A DNA stretch of 64,000 bases. Source: a virus. The translations under genes were made by a program, and so were the position numbers. A model generated the notes under the pieces. It saw only the letters and a program-made list of their open reading frames with translations. It was not told where the DNA came from and did not search any database. The stretch is from IMG/VR virus record IMGVR_UViG_3300046008_000291, positions 32,001 through 96,000 of that record; one strand, given 5' to 3'. Of this stretch, positions 48,401-57,082 are shown one piece after another; position 1 is the first letter of the stretch, and each line of letters opens with the position of its first letter.

Positions 48401-50384
48401 CATTTCCAACAGGAATGCCCAGTGCATCGGATCCAACAATTTGTACAATGCCTGTATTCTGTGCATCGATGTATATATTTCCACTTGATGAAATTGTGTT
48501 ATCAACTATTGATATGTTACCAATATTAACAGTATTGTAAAATGTTGATGCATTAGCTGTTATATTTGCAATTAATTCTGAATCAAGGGTAATTTCTAAT
48601 CTACTATTATTAGTTTCATCTATTAGATTTACTAGACTATCACCAATGACTAGGCTATTTGCAGCACCACTTAATGTTGTTGTTAGATAGTTTAATGTAA
48701 CTACATCCTGTGCGCTAACTGGATCAGCAACGTCAGATATAACACTACTATTAGCAAAAATATAACCATTAGTTGGTGCTATTGTTAAGTTAGCCACTGT
48801 TGATATAGTTGTATCAGTAAAGGTTACATTACCGACTTGAGTAAGAGTAATGTTAGCAATATTTGTAATGCGGCCTTTGCTGTCTACAGTAATTTTAGGA
48901 ATTCTATCCCATGTTTCATCATCTGCAGCACCATATGTGCCTGCAGTAACACCAGTGTCTGCTAAAGTTAATGCAATATTTGAAACATTACCACTGCCAG
49001 TAGCATCACCAGTAACTGTAATTGTAGTTTCTTGAGTTACAACACGAATATTACTTTCATAGATCTCATCAGCATTGATAATACCGGCTGTTGTAGTTCC
49101 TGTGATACCTAAATTTCCACTAATAGAAATGCTATCAACTGAGATGTTGCTTAAATTTGTTATGTTAGGCTGATTGCCTGTAAGTAATGTGCCAGTGATT
49201 GTGTTGGCTGTTATGGTGTTAGCAGTAATGTCTGTTCCGTTAACATTACCAGTAATACTAATATTTCCACCAATGGAAATGCTATCAACTGTAATATTTC
49301 CTAAATTAGAAATATAAGGTTGATTAGTTGTAAGTATCGTGCCATTTAAATTAGTTGCATTAATTGTATTAGCGTATACTGCACTCCACCATGTATCGGC
49401 ATAACCAATATTACCAGCAATGTTACTTGTTGGTACAATAGAGCTTTGCGCAATGATATTTCCACTGACTGTTAATGCTGATAATGTGCCCAATGATGTA
49501 ACATTAGTTTGGCTGGCCGTCAATAGTGTGCCAGTTAGATATGTACCACTAACATTGCCTGCGCCAACATTACCTGTTACGTCTAGTGATATTAATGTAC
49601 CTAAAGATGTAACATTAGGTTGTGCATTAGTCGCTAGTGTGCCGGTTAATACTGTACTTCCACTTGCACCGATGCTAGTAACACCGGATAATGTTGTGAT
49701 GTTTGGTTGAGCACTTGTTAGCAATGTACCTGTTAAGTATGTACCACTGACATTGCCTGCACCAACATTACCTGTTACATCGAGAGCAGTTAATATACCT
49801 GTTGATGTTATGTATGGTTGTGCTTGAGTTAGTAATGTACCAGTTAAATATGTACCACTAACATTGCCTGCACCAACATTACCTGTTACATCGAGAGCAG
49901 TTAATATACCCAGTGATGTTATATTTGGCTGTGCTGATGCAGTTACCGTAGTTGCCGATCCAATTACATTGCCGGTGATATTACTTATTATATTGCCTGC
50001 ATCAATATTACCAGTGACTGATAGGTTGCCTAACGTACCTACTGTGGTTATATTAGTTTGTATAGCTGTGGTTAACGTACCAGTGATATTTGTACTGGTA
50101 ATATTGCTAGTATAAAGGTTTCCGCTATAGATATTGCGCCAATATTTATTAGTCGCACCAATATCGTATGTTAAATTAGCTGAGGTTAATATATTGCCGG
50201 TTGTTACAAGAATGTTCCCAGTAACTTCTAATGATTCTTGGGGAGATGCCGTGTTGATACCAAGACGAAAGTTAGTAAAATCTAACTGTAATAATGTGTC
50301 ACTGTTGGTAGTGAAGCCTAGATCAAGACCTTGTCTATCTAGATTTCCTAACAGTGCTGCCCCGGGTACACGACCTATTGCCAT
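45456..50384 (-). CDS. Long tail fibre (1642 aa) with C-terminal intramolecular chaperone (peptidase S74)
   Basis: ITAYYSS-DSRLKENV...FGVIAQDVEQVLPEAV...VDYEKM...AIKELQQQV coiled-coil end. Confidence 0.88.
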   Translation of the reverse strand: MAIGRVPGAALLGNLDRQGLDLGFTTNSDTLLQLDFTNFRLGINTASPQESLEVTGNILVTTGNILTSANLTYDIGATNKYWRNIYSGNLYTSNITSTNITGTLTTAIQTNITTVGTLGNLSVTGNIDAGNIISNITGNVIGSATTVTASAQPNITSLGILTALDVTGNVGAGNVSGTYLTGTLLTQAQPYITSTGILTALDVTGNVGAGNVSGTYLTGTLLTSAQPNITTLSGVTSIGASGSTVLTGTLATNAQPNVTSLGTLISLDVTGNVGAGNVSGTYLTGTLLTASQTNVTSLGTLSALTVSGNIIAQSSIVPTSNIAGNIGYADTWWSAVYANTINATNLNGTILTTNQPYISNLGNITVDSISIGGNISITGNVNGTDITANTITANTITGTLLTGNQPNITNLSNISVDSISISGNLGITGTTTAGIINADEIYESNIRVVTQETTITVTGDATGSGNVSNIALTLADTGVTAGTYGAADDETWDRIPKITVDSKGRITNIANITLTQVGNVTFTDTTISTVANLTIAPTNGYIFANSSVISDVADPVSAQDVVTLNYLTTTLSGAANSLVIGDSLVNLIDETNNSRLEITLDSELIANITANASTFYNTVNIGNISIVDNTISSSGNIYIDAQNTGIVQIVGSDALGIPVGNVITRPLNPEIGYIRFNTDNDAVEYWTGAEWTYPGAATITSETVYPDGLTASYNLTTSATPDGLLVSINGTMQQPFTSYNMSGNVITFTETPQDTDIIEIRHIVAGAVSIGSLTYGPTSKVELSTGNVNITGNLIPTANVTYDLGSDSMWWRDLYMSGSTIHIGGALLKVVDNALSFTPAGSPTPINLTSDVDPTILIANTTQVKATDDFVNVSIAGGNVGKFGSDGLTITGNVSADYIIGDGSQLTGLPAGYTDTNVAAYLPSYTGNISSLTTANTAMKGYVDEQITTVTNSVTGANAAIVTANTAMKDYVDAANTIQSNEITAISNSVTGANTAIVTANTAMKGYVDAINSTLTANAGAQAGTLATIQNNYAQLSGATFTGALAAPNISLTSALAISSGGTGGTSTSSALNNLLPSGEVSGYVLKTAGEGSYYWSAETGGGSVVGTTISTSRTYFTATSGQTVYTGITYTPGAGQLRIYINGVRQFDSAYTETNSSAVTLSTGVTSGTVVLAEVDAYTDYNVYANATYSSPVGTISSTTVQDALAELDTEKAALAGAAFTGNVSTSGNLRVTDTTQSTGEGTGALVVSGGASFSGNVYISGNLQVAGTETIFNANNLSIADSLIYLADDNSGDVLDIGIVSSFTNPGYQHTGFVRDATDGVWKLFANVAAEPTTTIDFTNATYSNLRIGNLTSIGGTFTGNVGADNLSATNLTGTLTTAAQTNVTSVGTLTGLTVSGAPVPNANVSVNLGSTSAWWSILYANTHVGSTATFYGNITAGNVSATNLVGAITSSQVTTALGFTPYNSTNPSGYLTGITSGQVTTALGYTPYNSTNPNGYISAVPNSSTQVSSLGVGTAASGTSGEIRATNNITAYYSSDSRLKENVRDIPDALAKVTAIGGKLFDWTDEYIADHGGLDDYFMRKADFGVIAQDVEQVLPEAVRTREDGYLAVDYEKMCALAFAAIKELQQQVHLLEQQIKDK
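49552..49910. repeat. Intragenic repeats encoding GNVGAGNVSGTYLTGTLLT (three copies)
   Basis: 50-bp exact repeat at 49750..49799 and 49861..49910 (111-bp period); third copy at 49552. Confidence 0.85.
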
Positions 50385-50422
50385 TAACTAACTCCTATTT
50401 TAATATTTAGCTAAGGAACAGG

Positions 50423-50839
50423 CTATACTGTAGTGCTTGCAATATTGTGTAGTACTAATATAACTGCGCCACCAGTAGGCACACTTGTAAAATGTATATT
50501 TGTTGTTCCATTGAATGTGTAGTTAATGCCAGGATTTTGATATACAGTATTTAAAAATACCAATACCTGTGCCTCTTGTCCAGAATTATACGTTTTAGAC
50601 ATAGTAAAATCAGAAACTATATTATCACCAGCTAGGGTGTCTTTAGTAATAGTAACATCGCCTTCTTTAGCTACTGCGTTCCATACACTACTATTATAGA
50701 ATTCTAATTTGCCTGTTGAAGTATTATAACGAGTTTGCCCTACAACTGGCACATCTGGCCCAATTGAACTTGATCCAACTGGCACACCTAATGCATAGCT
50801 ACCTGTTTTAAATACTGTATTTTTAAGTAAGCGTCCCAT
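50423..50839 (-). CDS. Virion structural protein (fibre/baseplate-associated)
   Basis: LGVPVG...GQTRYNTSTGKLEFY..W module shared with both giant fibres. Confidence 0.65.
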   Translation of the reverse strand: MGRLLKNTVFKTGSYALGVPVGSSSIGPDVPVVGQTRYNTSTGKLEFYNSSVWNAVAKEGDVTITKDTLAGDNIVSDFTMSKTYNSGQEAQVLVFLNTVYQNPGINYTFNGTTNIHFTSVPTGGAVILVLHNIASTTV

Positions 50840-51151
50840 TTACATTCCTACGTAACTAACTGTTGCTGTTATTGCTGAATTTGCTGATGCTGCGGCTCGC
50901 AATGTATCACCGTTGGCTAATACAATTTTTTCCATATCAACAACAAAAGTATCATTACTTTGTATTTGAACACTTTTGTAAATTTGTACGTCACTGTTAA
51001 TTGTTGTTGTACCGCTAGGCACTGCATATAAATCAAATGTTTTAGCAGTAGCATCTGTGTTGCAAAAGTACATAACTGATACTACAGTATTGCCTGAACT
51101 GACATATACGTTTGATACCACTGTTGTTAATAAGGTGTTAGAAATTGCCAT
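50840..51151 (-). CDS. Small beta-rich virion protein
   Basis: Start moved to MAISN (51151) with RBS AGGA. Confidence 0.65.
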   Translation of the reverse strand: MAISNTLLTTVVSNVYVSSGNTVVSVMYFCNTDATAKTFDLYAVPSGTTTINSDVQIYKSVQIQSNDTFVVDMEKIVLANGDTLRAAASANSAITATVSYVGM

Positions 51152-51161
51152 TGTGTTAATC

Positions 51162-51743
51162 CTATAATAGTATTGAAAAAGCAAATGCTCGCTTTTTCGT
51201 AATTAGTTCTTCGTTAACGGCTTCACCATTAACAACATATACTCCACTTGCACCAGCGCCAGGAGTTGCTGCATATACTACAGTAGCGCCAGCGACTGCT
51301 GTTGGTGCAACTGCGGTATTATTAATTTGTATATTACCACCAAATTTTACATTTCCTACGTTTGCTAAAATTGTATAGCCATTAGTATTTAAATTGCCAC
51401 CAAGTGCAGGAGCTAAATCATCTATTAATATTGTGCTACCACTGGTTGACGATGTTATAACTGAGTAAGTCGATCCATCATTGGTCAACTCCCATTTGTT
51501 AATTGACTCATTCCAGCGTAACGCAACGTTGGCTAATGAGCCACGAGCAACAGCAATACCAGCAGTACCTAATGTAACGCCAGCGCCTGTTTCACCATCA
51601 TTGAGAACAATAACATTATCTTTTAACGTAGTGTTAGTTGTTTCGATTGCAGTTTGTGAACCTTGTACTGTTAAATTGCCTGTGATGATAACATCTGTGG
51701 TGTCAATTGTGTACGAGGTGTTAAGTTTTTTAACAGCGGCCAT
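51162..51743 (-). CDS. Virion structural protein (fibre-like)
   Basis: ITGNLTVQG...NVIVLNDGE...LRWNES module also found near the N-terminus of the 2334-aa protein. Confidence 0.65.
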   Translation of the reverse strand: MAAVKKLNTSYTIDTTDVIITGNLTVQGSQTAIETTNTTLKDNVIVLNDGETGAGVTLGTAGIAVARGSLANVALRWNESINKWELTNDGSTYSVITSSTSGSTILIDDLAPALGGNLNTNGYTILANVGNVKFGGNIQINNTAVAPTAVAGATVVYAATPGAGASGVYVVNGEAVNEELITKKRAFAFSILL

Positions 51744-51792
51744 TTAAATATCCTAGTTTCTATTATTTATGCTAATTGTAGATAGTATAGTC

Positions 51793-51823
51793 AAAAAAAT
51801 AACAGCCGAAGCTGTTATTTTTA
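51793..51823 (-). terminator. Intrinsic terminator with cUUCGg loop
   Basis: AATAACAGC-TTCG-GCTGTTATTTTTTT on the minus strand. Confidence 0.9.
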
Positions 51824-51835
51824 CTTTGACTAAAA

Positions 51836-52783
51836 TTAGTCGTTTGATGAAATTTTAACTGTTGTGCCTGCTACTGCAGCACCGGTTGAAGTCCATCTAG
51901 CATGGCTGTTTGCAGTAAACTGTACACCTGCACTATATCCGTCAACTGCTGCTGGGAATAATAATGCAGTACGTGATTCAAGTTTACCAACCAAGTAAGC
52001 ACCGTTATCAGAATCAAATGCTGTAAGGGTCATTTCGCCTGCGGCTGTTGGGCCATTAGCGGCAACAACTTGCGCTACTGTTGGACTATTAACACCATTA
52101 ACCCCTGTTGGAACTAAACGAACTACCGCAGTACCGTCAGTATTAGTAACTCTGTAACGACGTGATGAACGTTGTGAAACGATATCAGCTAGTGAACCAA
52201 TTGTAGCACCAGTAATCCATGCATTAGCTTGGATTGTATTAGCTGTAACTGTAGTTGCAGCTAAAACTGCTGTTAATGAACCTGCAGATCCAATATCACC
52301 AAAGCTAATTAATGTTGTACTTGTTGCGCTAGTATTAGCGGCACTCATTGTAACATTACCTGTGCCGATAGCTGTGATTGTAGTAGTTGCTGCAAATGCT
52401 GTATTTGCGGCCATACCGACAAATAAACCTACAGTAGTTGAAACTGTTAGTACATTTGAACCAGTGATACCACCGCCAGTTACAACAACGTTAGCTGGTT
52501 TAACTAATGTAATTACCGGTGCAGTTGTGTAACCAGTACCTGCTGTTGTAACACTAGCTGTATCGATACGACCGTTAGCTGTACTAACTGCATCGACTGT
52601 CACTCTGGCAACTGTGCCACCGATTGGGCTAAGTGCCACTGTAGCTGTTAAACCTTGTGAGTAGTTTGTACCACGGTTTGTGTAAGTAATACTCGAAATA
52701 CCTTCACCACCTGCAGCACTGTATGTTAAACCATCATTAACATTATCTGAACCAAAAAACTTTTTCTTAATAGGACGTCCCAT
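51836..52783 (-). CDS. Virion protein downstream of the major capsid gene (possible decoration protein)
   Basis: 315 aa, Thr/Ala/Gly-rich, strong RBS AAGGAG, own late promoter and terminator. Confidence 0.6.
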   Translation of the reverse strand: MGRPIKKKFFGSDNVNDGLTYSAAGGEGISSITYTNRGTNYSQGLTATVALSPIGGTVARVTVDAVSTANGRIDTASVTTAGTGYTTAPVITLVKPANVVVTGGGITGSNVLTVSTTVGLFVGMAANTAFAATTTITAIGTGNVTMSAANTSATSTTLISFGDIGSAGSLTAVLAATTVTANTIQANAWITGATIGSLADIVSQRSSRRYRVTNTDGTAVVRLVPTGVNGVNSPTVAQVVAANGPTAAGEMTLTAFDSDNGAYLVGKLESRTALLFPAAVDGYSAGVQFTANSHARWTSTGAAVAGTTVKISSND

Positions 52784-52802
52784 TTGTTTCTCCTTGTATA
52801 GT

Positions 52803-52855
52803 TAGCGTTCTAACGCCTACGCAGTGGGTTACTGCATAAACTCTCATTCAAGAGC
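52803..52855 (-). promoter_or_regulatory. Structured 5' leader (three hairpins) between a late promoter and an RBS
   Basis: GCTCT/AGAGT, TATGCAGT/ACTGCGTA and GCGT/ACGC stems; the G-U pairs form only on the minus strand. Confidence 0.55.
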
Positions 52856-52894
52856 GAACAAATATATTTATCGTTTTTAATTTTTATAGCCAAC

Positions 52895-52919
52895 AAAAAA
52901 GCCCCTTACGGGGCTTTTT
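52895..52919 (-). terminator. Intrinsic terminator after gp23
   Basis: AAAAAGCCCC-GTAA-GGGGCTTTTTT. Confidence 0.9.
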
Positions 52920-52946
52920 ATTTTCATATCCTACTAAGAATAAATC

Positions 52947-54125
52947 TTATTGGAATGATAAGTTTGCTACAGTGATTTTTTCTAAGTAGTCAGCTGCATT
53001 ACCAAGAGATGATGCAGTGTTACTTAATTCAACATAACCATAACGTGTCATAAAGCCCACTACTGGTTCAAAAGTAGCTGGATCTAACACAACGCCACTG
53101 CTCATTAATGGAACGTATGGGCAGTAGAACGCTGCTGCGTCTGATTCTGAAGAACCTTTGTAACCAACCAACACTGTGTCGTTTGAAGCGTATGTGTTAA
53201 CATAGATCTTCATAGCACTATTTAAAGTACCAACGAATTTTGTGTTTGTAGGAGCTTCAAATGTACCTTCTGTACTACGAGCAAAAGCTGAAGTAGTTGC
53301 AGATTGTAACACTGTTAAAGCTGATGGACTTACAACAGCCCAGTTACCAGCGCCACGACGTGTACGTTGTGCAATTTTGTTAGCACTACGGTTGATTAAA
53401 ACAGCTAAAGCAGCGTGTTCGTCACCAACGAATGTAGCAGTACCAGAAACAGTAGCTTGGTTGTAGTTGTCAGTTGCTGTAGAAGCTAATGCTGCCAATG
53501 AACCTAGAACTTCTTGGTCAATTTCAACAGTAATTTCTTGAGCCAAAGCTGCCATGATTTCTGCTTCAACATCTAAACCGTGCATAGATTGTGCATCTTG
53601 CGCAGCTTCAAATGTCCAACGAGCAGACAATTTACGTGTTTTAGCTTCAACAACTTGTTTCAAGATTTGAACGTTGATACGGTTACCTGGAACACCTTCT
53701 AGTGAGCTAGTTGAAGCTGCTGCACCTGTTGATGTTTTGCTTGAGTAAGCTGTAGCAATGTTGAATGGGCTTAATGCTTCTTGGCCTGGAGTTGCTGCGT
53801 CGCCGCCTAATGAACCAGCAGCTTGTGAATCTGCATAACGCACACGTAATGTGTGAATTTGTGCAACTGGACCAGTCATTGGTTGTACGCCAACGATTTC
53901 GTTAGCGATAACTGTTGGCATTACACGACGAATTACTGGAAGAATAACGCGGTTTAGTGTAGCAACATTACCTACTGCTGTTGCACCAGCTGAAGCGTTT
54001 TCAACTAAGTGTTTACGTGTGTTTTCTAAGATTACGGACATTGTAGAACGTTTTGAACCTTGTAGACCTTCTAACAGGGCATCCTTAGTTTCGTTCCAAC
54101 GGCCTTCTAATAGTTGGGTTGTCAT
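52947..54125 (-). CDS. gp23: Major capsid protein (T4 gp23-like)
   Basis: IVGVQPMTGP, AKTRKLSARWTFEAAQD..HGLDVEAE, FYCPYVPL, TFEPVVGFMTRYG. Confidence 0.98.
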   Translation of the reverse strand: MTTQLLEGRWNETKDALLEGLQGSKRSTMSVILENTRKHLVENASAGATAVGNVATLNRVILPVIRRVMPTVIANEIVGVQPMTGPVAQIHTLRVRYADSQAAGSLGGDAATPGQEALSPFNIATAYSSKTSTGAAASTSSLEGVPGNRINVQILKQVVEAKTRKLSARWTFEAAQDAQSMHGLDVEAEIMAALAQEITVEIDQEVLGSLAALASTATDNYNQATVSGTATFVGDEHAALAVLINRSANKIAQRTRRGAGNWAVVSPSALTVLQSATTSAFARSTEGTFEAPTNTKFVGTLNSAMKIYVNTYASNDTVLVGYKGSSESDAAAFYCPYVPLMSSGVVLDPATFEPVVGFMTRYGYVELSNTASSLGNAADYLEKITVANLSFQ

Positions 54126-54155
54126 TTCTTTATTTTCCTTTTATAAGTTTTTGTA

Positions 54156-55256
54156 TTACTTTAGCCCTGCTAAACGTTTTAGTTCAACAACGTTGTTGTT
54201 GGTTTCTAAATTTACTGTTTTAGCAGATTTATCACCAGTTACTTCTACACGACTCTCAGCTAGTACAGACTTTTCAGCCTTTACCGGTGCTTGTGAATTG
54301 TTTAAAACTGCTGGTAGATACTTGTCGTATGCAGATTGCAATTTTGCTGTTTGCACACCTTCGAGTAGGCTGGCCATTACGCCGGCTTTCTCTTTATTTA
54401 ATGTTTTTAGTAATCCATTAAGTGTGTCCTTACGGTTAACACTTTCAGTAATTACACGTACTTCACGGTTTTTTGACTCAACTAATGCTTGTTTTTCCGC
54501 AATTACTTTTTTGCTTTCAGCTAAATCAGCTTTAACAGCTTCAATAGTTTGATGCAATTTAGCAATTTCTTTGTTCTCATTTAAATGAGTTACTGAGAAT
54601 TCGCTAGCAAATGCTTCGAATAAGCGACGACCAAACATGTTCTCACGAGCACTTTGGATGTCTTCTTTTAATTGGGTCAGTTCTGTGCCTAGATTTTGTG
54701 CTACTGATTCTTTAACAAGTTTAGCTGAACGTGCAACAAAAGCTTCTTGTAGTTTTGCTAATTTTTCTTTAGCTTCTGCTACTAGTTTAACTTTAGTTTC
54801 AACAACTGCTTTCTTGTCAGCATCGAACTCTTTGATTTCTTCAGCTAACGCTTTGATAACAAATTTTTCTAACTTAGCAGTTGCTTCGTTTTGAACTTTG
54901 CGATCTGTGCGTAATTCTTTGATTTCTTCAGCTAATTTATTAACTAAAAAGTTGTTAAATTTGCTGGCGCTTTCAACCATGTGACGTTTAAATTTCACGC
55001 GGTCTTCTGCAAGAGCTTGTTTCTCATTGGCGAACTCATTAAGTTCGGCAGTAAGACTTTCAGTAACCATTTTGTCTAGAGCTTCAACCATTACTTGTTT
55101 GTCATGAGTGTAGCGACCTGCAAACTCTTCGCGCAATTCTGCACGAACTTGTTCACGAGCCTCATTAATTTGTGATTCCCAAGCTTCGGTAATAGCTGCT
55201 TGAGTATCTTCGTTAATGATGCCACTATCTAACAATGGCTTGATAGCTGTTAACAT
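54156..55256 (-). CDS. gp22: Prohead core scaffold protein (gp22-like)
   Basis: Coiled-coil, Glu-rich; located between gp21 and gp23. Confidence 0.85.
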   Translation of the reverse strand: MLTAIKPLLDSGIINEDTQAAITEAWESQINEAREQVRAELREEFAGRYTHDKQVMVEALDKMVTESLTAELNEFANEKQALAEDRVKFKRHMVESASKFNNFLVNKLAEEIKELRTDRKVQNEATAKLEKFVIKALAEEIKEFDADKKAVVETKVKLVAEAKEKLAKLQEAFVARSAKLVKESVAQNLGTELTQLKEDIQSARENMFGRRLFEAFASEFSVTHLNENKEIAKLHQTIEAVKADLAESKKVIAEKQALVESKNREVRVITESVNRKDTLNGLLKTLNKEKAGVMASLLEGVQTAKLQSAYDKYLPAVLNNSQAPVKAEKSVLAESRVEVTGDKSAKTVNLETNNNVVELKRLAGLK

Positions 55257-55265
55257 ACTGATCTC

Positions 55266-55907
55266 CTATTTTAATTTTAAATCTTTAATCAAGCGTGTAA
55301 CCTGCTCTTTTAAATATTTTTGTACCTTTTGATCTGCGCTAGCTTCTTTTGCCATTTCGAATACCTTGTGTCCGCCACGCATATTCAACAGTCCTTCGTA
55401 AATCGCTGTTGGGTATGCATTAGGAGCACTAGGTTGCGCAACTACATCTACTGTGACTATTTCAAAGTCACTCACTTGGCCGTTACTTTCGCTAACGTTG
55501 CCGCTACCTCTAGAACTAACACCAAGTTTAACTCCACTTTCCAACATTGTTTCTACTAACTTACCCATTGGAGTAGGGAGAACCTTTAATTTACCAAAGC
55601 CGTTAGGACCGTCCATCCACATATCTGTAATCATGTGACTTACACGGTCCAAATTAATTTTCAAATCATCTGGGTGATCTACTTCGCCTAAGACGCTGTA
55701 GCCACCCTTGATTTGTTCATTAATGTTTGTTACGGCATTGCTAATTTCATTTACTGGATACACTCGTTCGTTGTGGTTTTTAACGCCACCTTGAATGAAT
55801 ATGCCTTTCATATAAAGATTCTTACCTTTACCGTCATGACTATCTTCTGTCAGAATTTCCATTCTAGCATTGTCAAAGGTTAAGTTTTCTTTTAAGTATG
55901 AAGCCAT
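55266..55907 (-). CDS. gp21: Prohead core protease (gp21)
   Basis: GIFIQG..KNHNERVYP, LGEVDHP, GVSSRGSG, DVVAQPSAP. Confidence 0.95.
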   Translation of the reverse strand: MASYLKENLTFDNARMEILTEDSHDGKGKNLYMKGIFIQGGVKNHNERVYPVNEISNAVTNINEQIKGGYSVLGEVDHPDDLKINLDRVSHMITDMWMDGPNGFGKLKVLPTPMGKLVETMLESGVKLGVSSRGSGNVSESNGQVSDFEIVTVDVVAQPSAPNAYPTAIYEGLLNMRGGHKVFEMAKEASADQKVQKYLKEQVTRLIKDLKLK

Positions 55908-55921
55908 TGTAGTATCCTAAA

Positions 55922-56710
55922 TTATTTTGCTACTGGACTATTTGTACTTGTTGGTGCTTGTGCAGCAGGTGCTTTTTCTTTCTTAGCAAATGCATTACCA
56001 GCTTTACCACCAGGAACATTAATATTACCCATGTTATTTACTGTTGGTTTTTTAACTGTACCACCGTTCTCTGTACCACCGCGTACGATGTTAGCAGATG
56101 AACCGCCCATATCATTTTTCTTAGCTACTGTAGATTGTTTGTTGTCAGCACCTTCAGTATTTGATGGAGCAGCTACTTTTTCTACATATTCACGAACGAT
56201 AGATTCTTCAACTTCTTCTTCTTCGTCTTCTTCTGTGTCACATTCTTCAGCTTCCATGAATTCAGCTGGCGCTTCTTCTTCGCCGCCAAACATATCAGCA
56301 TGCTCTGGTTCGTTTTCTTCGCCAGCCATTAAAGCATCAAATTCAGCTTTAAGTTCGTCTAATGCTGACTCTAAATCATCAACACGTGTTTCAACGTCGC
56401 CGTGCTCTTCTTCATGTGAATCTAAATCACCTGAGTTGTCGAAATCGTTTTCTATTTCGCTGTCATCGCTGTCCATTTCAAATTCGCCAGCGCCTTCTTC
56501 ATCTTCTTCGCTGATACCTTGTTCATCGATAGTAACTTCATCCATGTAACCTTGTACTTTGTTTCCGCCTACTTCGTCTAAATCTGTTTCGTCGATTAGG
56601 CTTTCATAAATGTCACGTGATTTCTCAACAACGATGTTGTGGAATAATTCGCGAGCCTTATCAGTTTCATCATTAATGATGTGTTCTATTAACTGTTCAT
56701 ACTTGTTCAT
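55922..56710 (-). CDS. Acidic prohead core protein (gp67/gp68-like position)
   Basis: Extremely Glu/Asp-rich; lies between the portal and gp21. Confidence 0.6.
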   Translation of the reverse strand: MNKYEQLIEHIINDETDKARELFHNIVVEKSRDIYESLIDETDLDEVGGNKVQGYMDEVTIDEQGISEEDEEGAGEFEMDSDDSEIENDFDNSGDLDSHEEEHGDVETRVDDLESALDELKAEFDALMAGEENEPEHADMFGGEEEAPAEFMEAEECDTEEDEEEEVEESIVREYVEKVAAPSNTEGADNKQSTVAKKNDMGGSSANIVRGGTENGGTVKKPTVNNMGNINVPGGKAGNAFAKKEKAPAAQAPTSTNSPVAK

Positions 56711-56837
56711 AAAGAACTCCTTAAATTGTGTCTGTCTAGGTGAGATTTACGTTACGTAATATCTCTGTAATATTATTTACTGGTTTATTGAAAAATTGAA
56801 GTTAAATGCGTGTTTTTTGATTGATTCTTGTTGATAA

Positions 56838-57062
56838 CTACCCCAGTGGAGCAACTTCCGCCGGTTTGTATTGTGATCTTACTCGTTCTAAATCTTGCTC
56901 TTTTTCTAATCTACGTACATCATTCATAATACGTAAACGATGCAACTGTGTTAATGTTAATTTAGTTTTACGCAGATCAGACAACTTTAAAGGAGTGTTA
57001 TCCTCTTTTTCAGTCTGGTGCTGTTGCACTAATTCAGAATTAAATATTTCAAGTAGATTCAT
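56838..57062 (-). CDS. Small hypothetical protein after the portal gene
   Basis: 74 aa; ATG 5 nt after TAAATA. Confidence 0.7.
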   Translation of the reverse strand: MNLLEIFNSELVQQHQTEKEDNTPLKLSDLRKTKLTLTQLHRLRIMNDVRRLEKEQDLERVRSQYKPAEVAPLG

Positions 57063-57082
57063 AATATTATTTACCTAAAATA

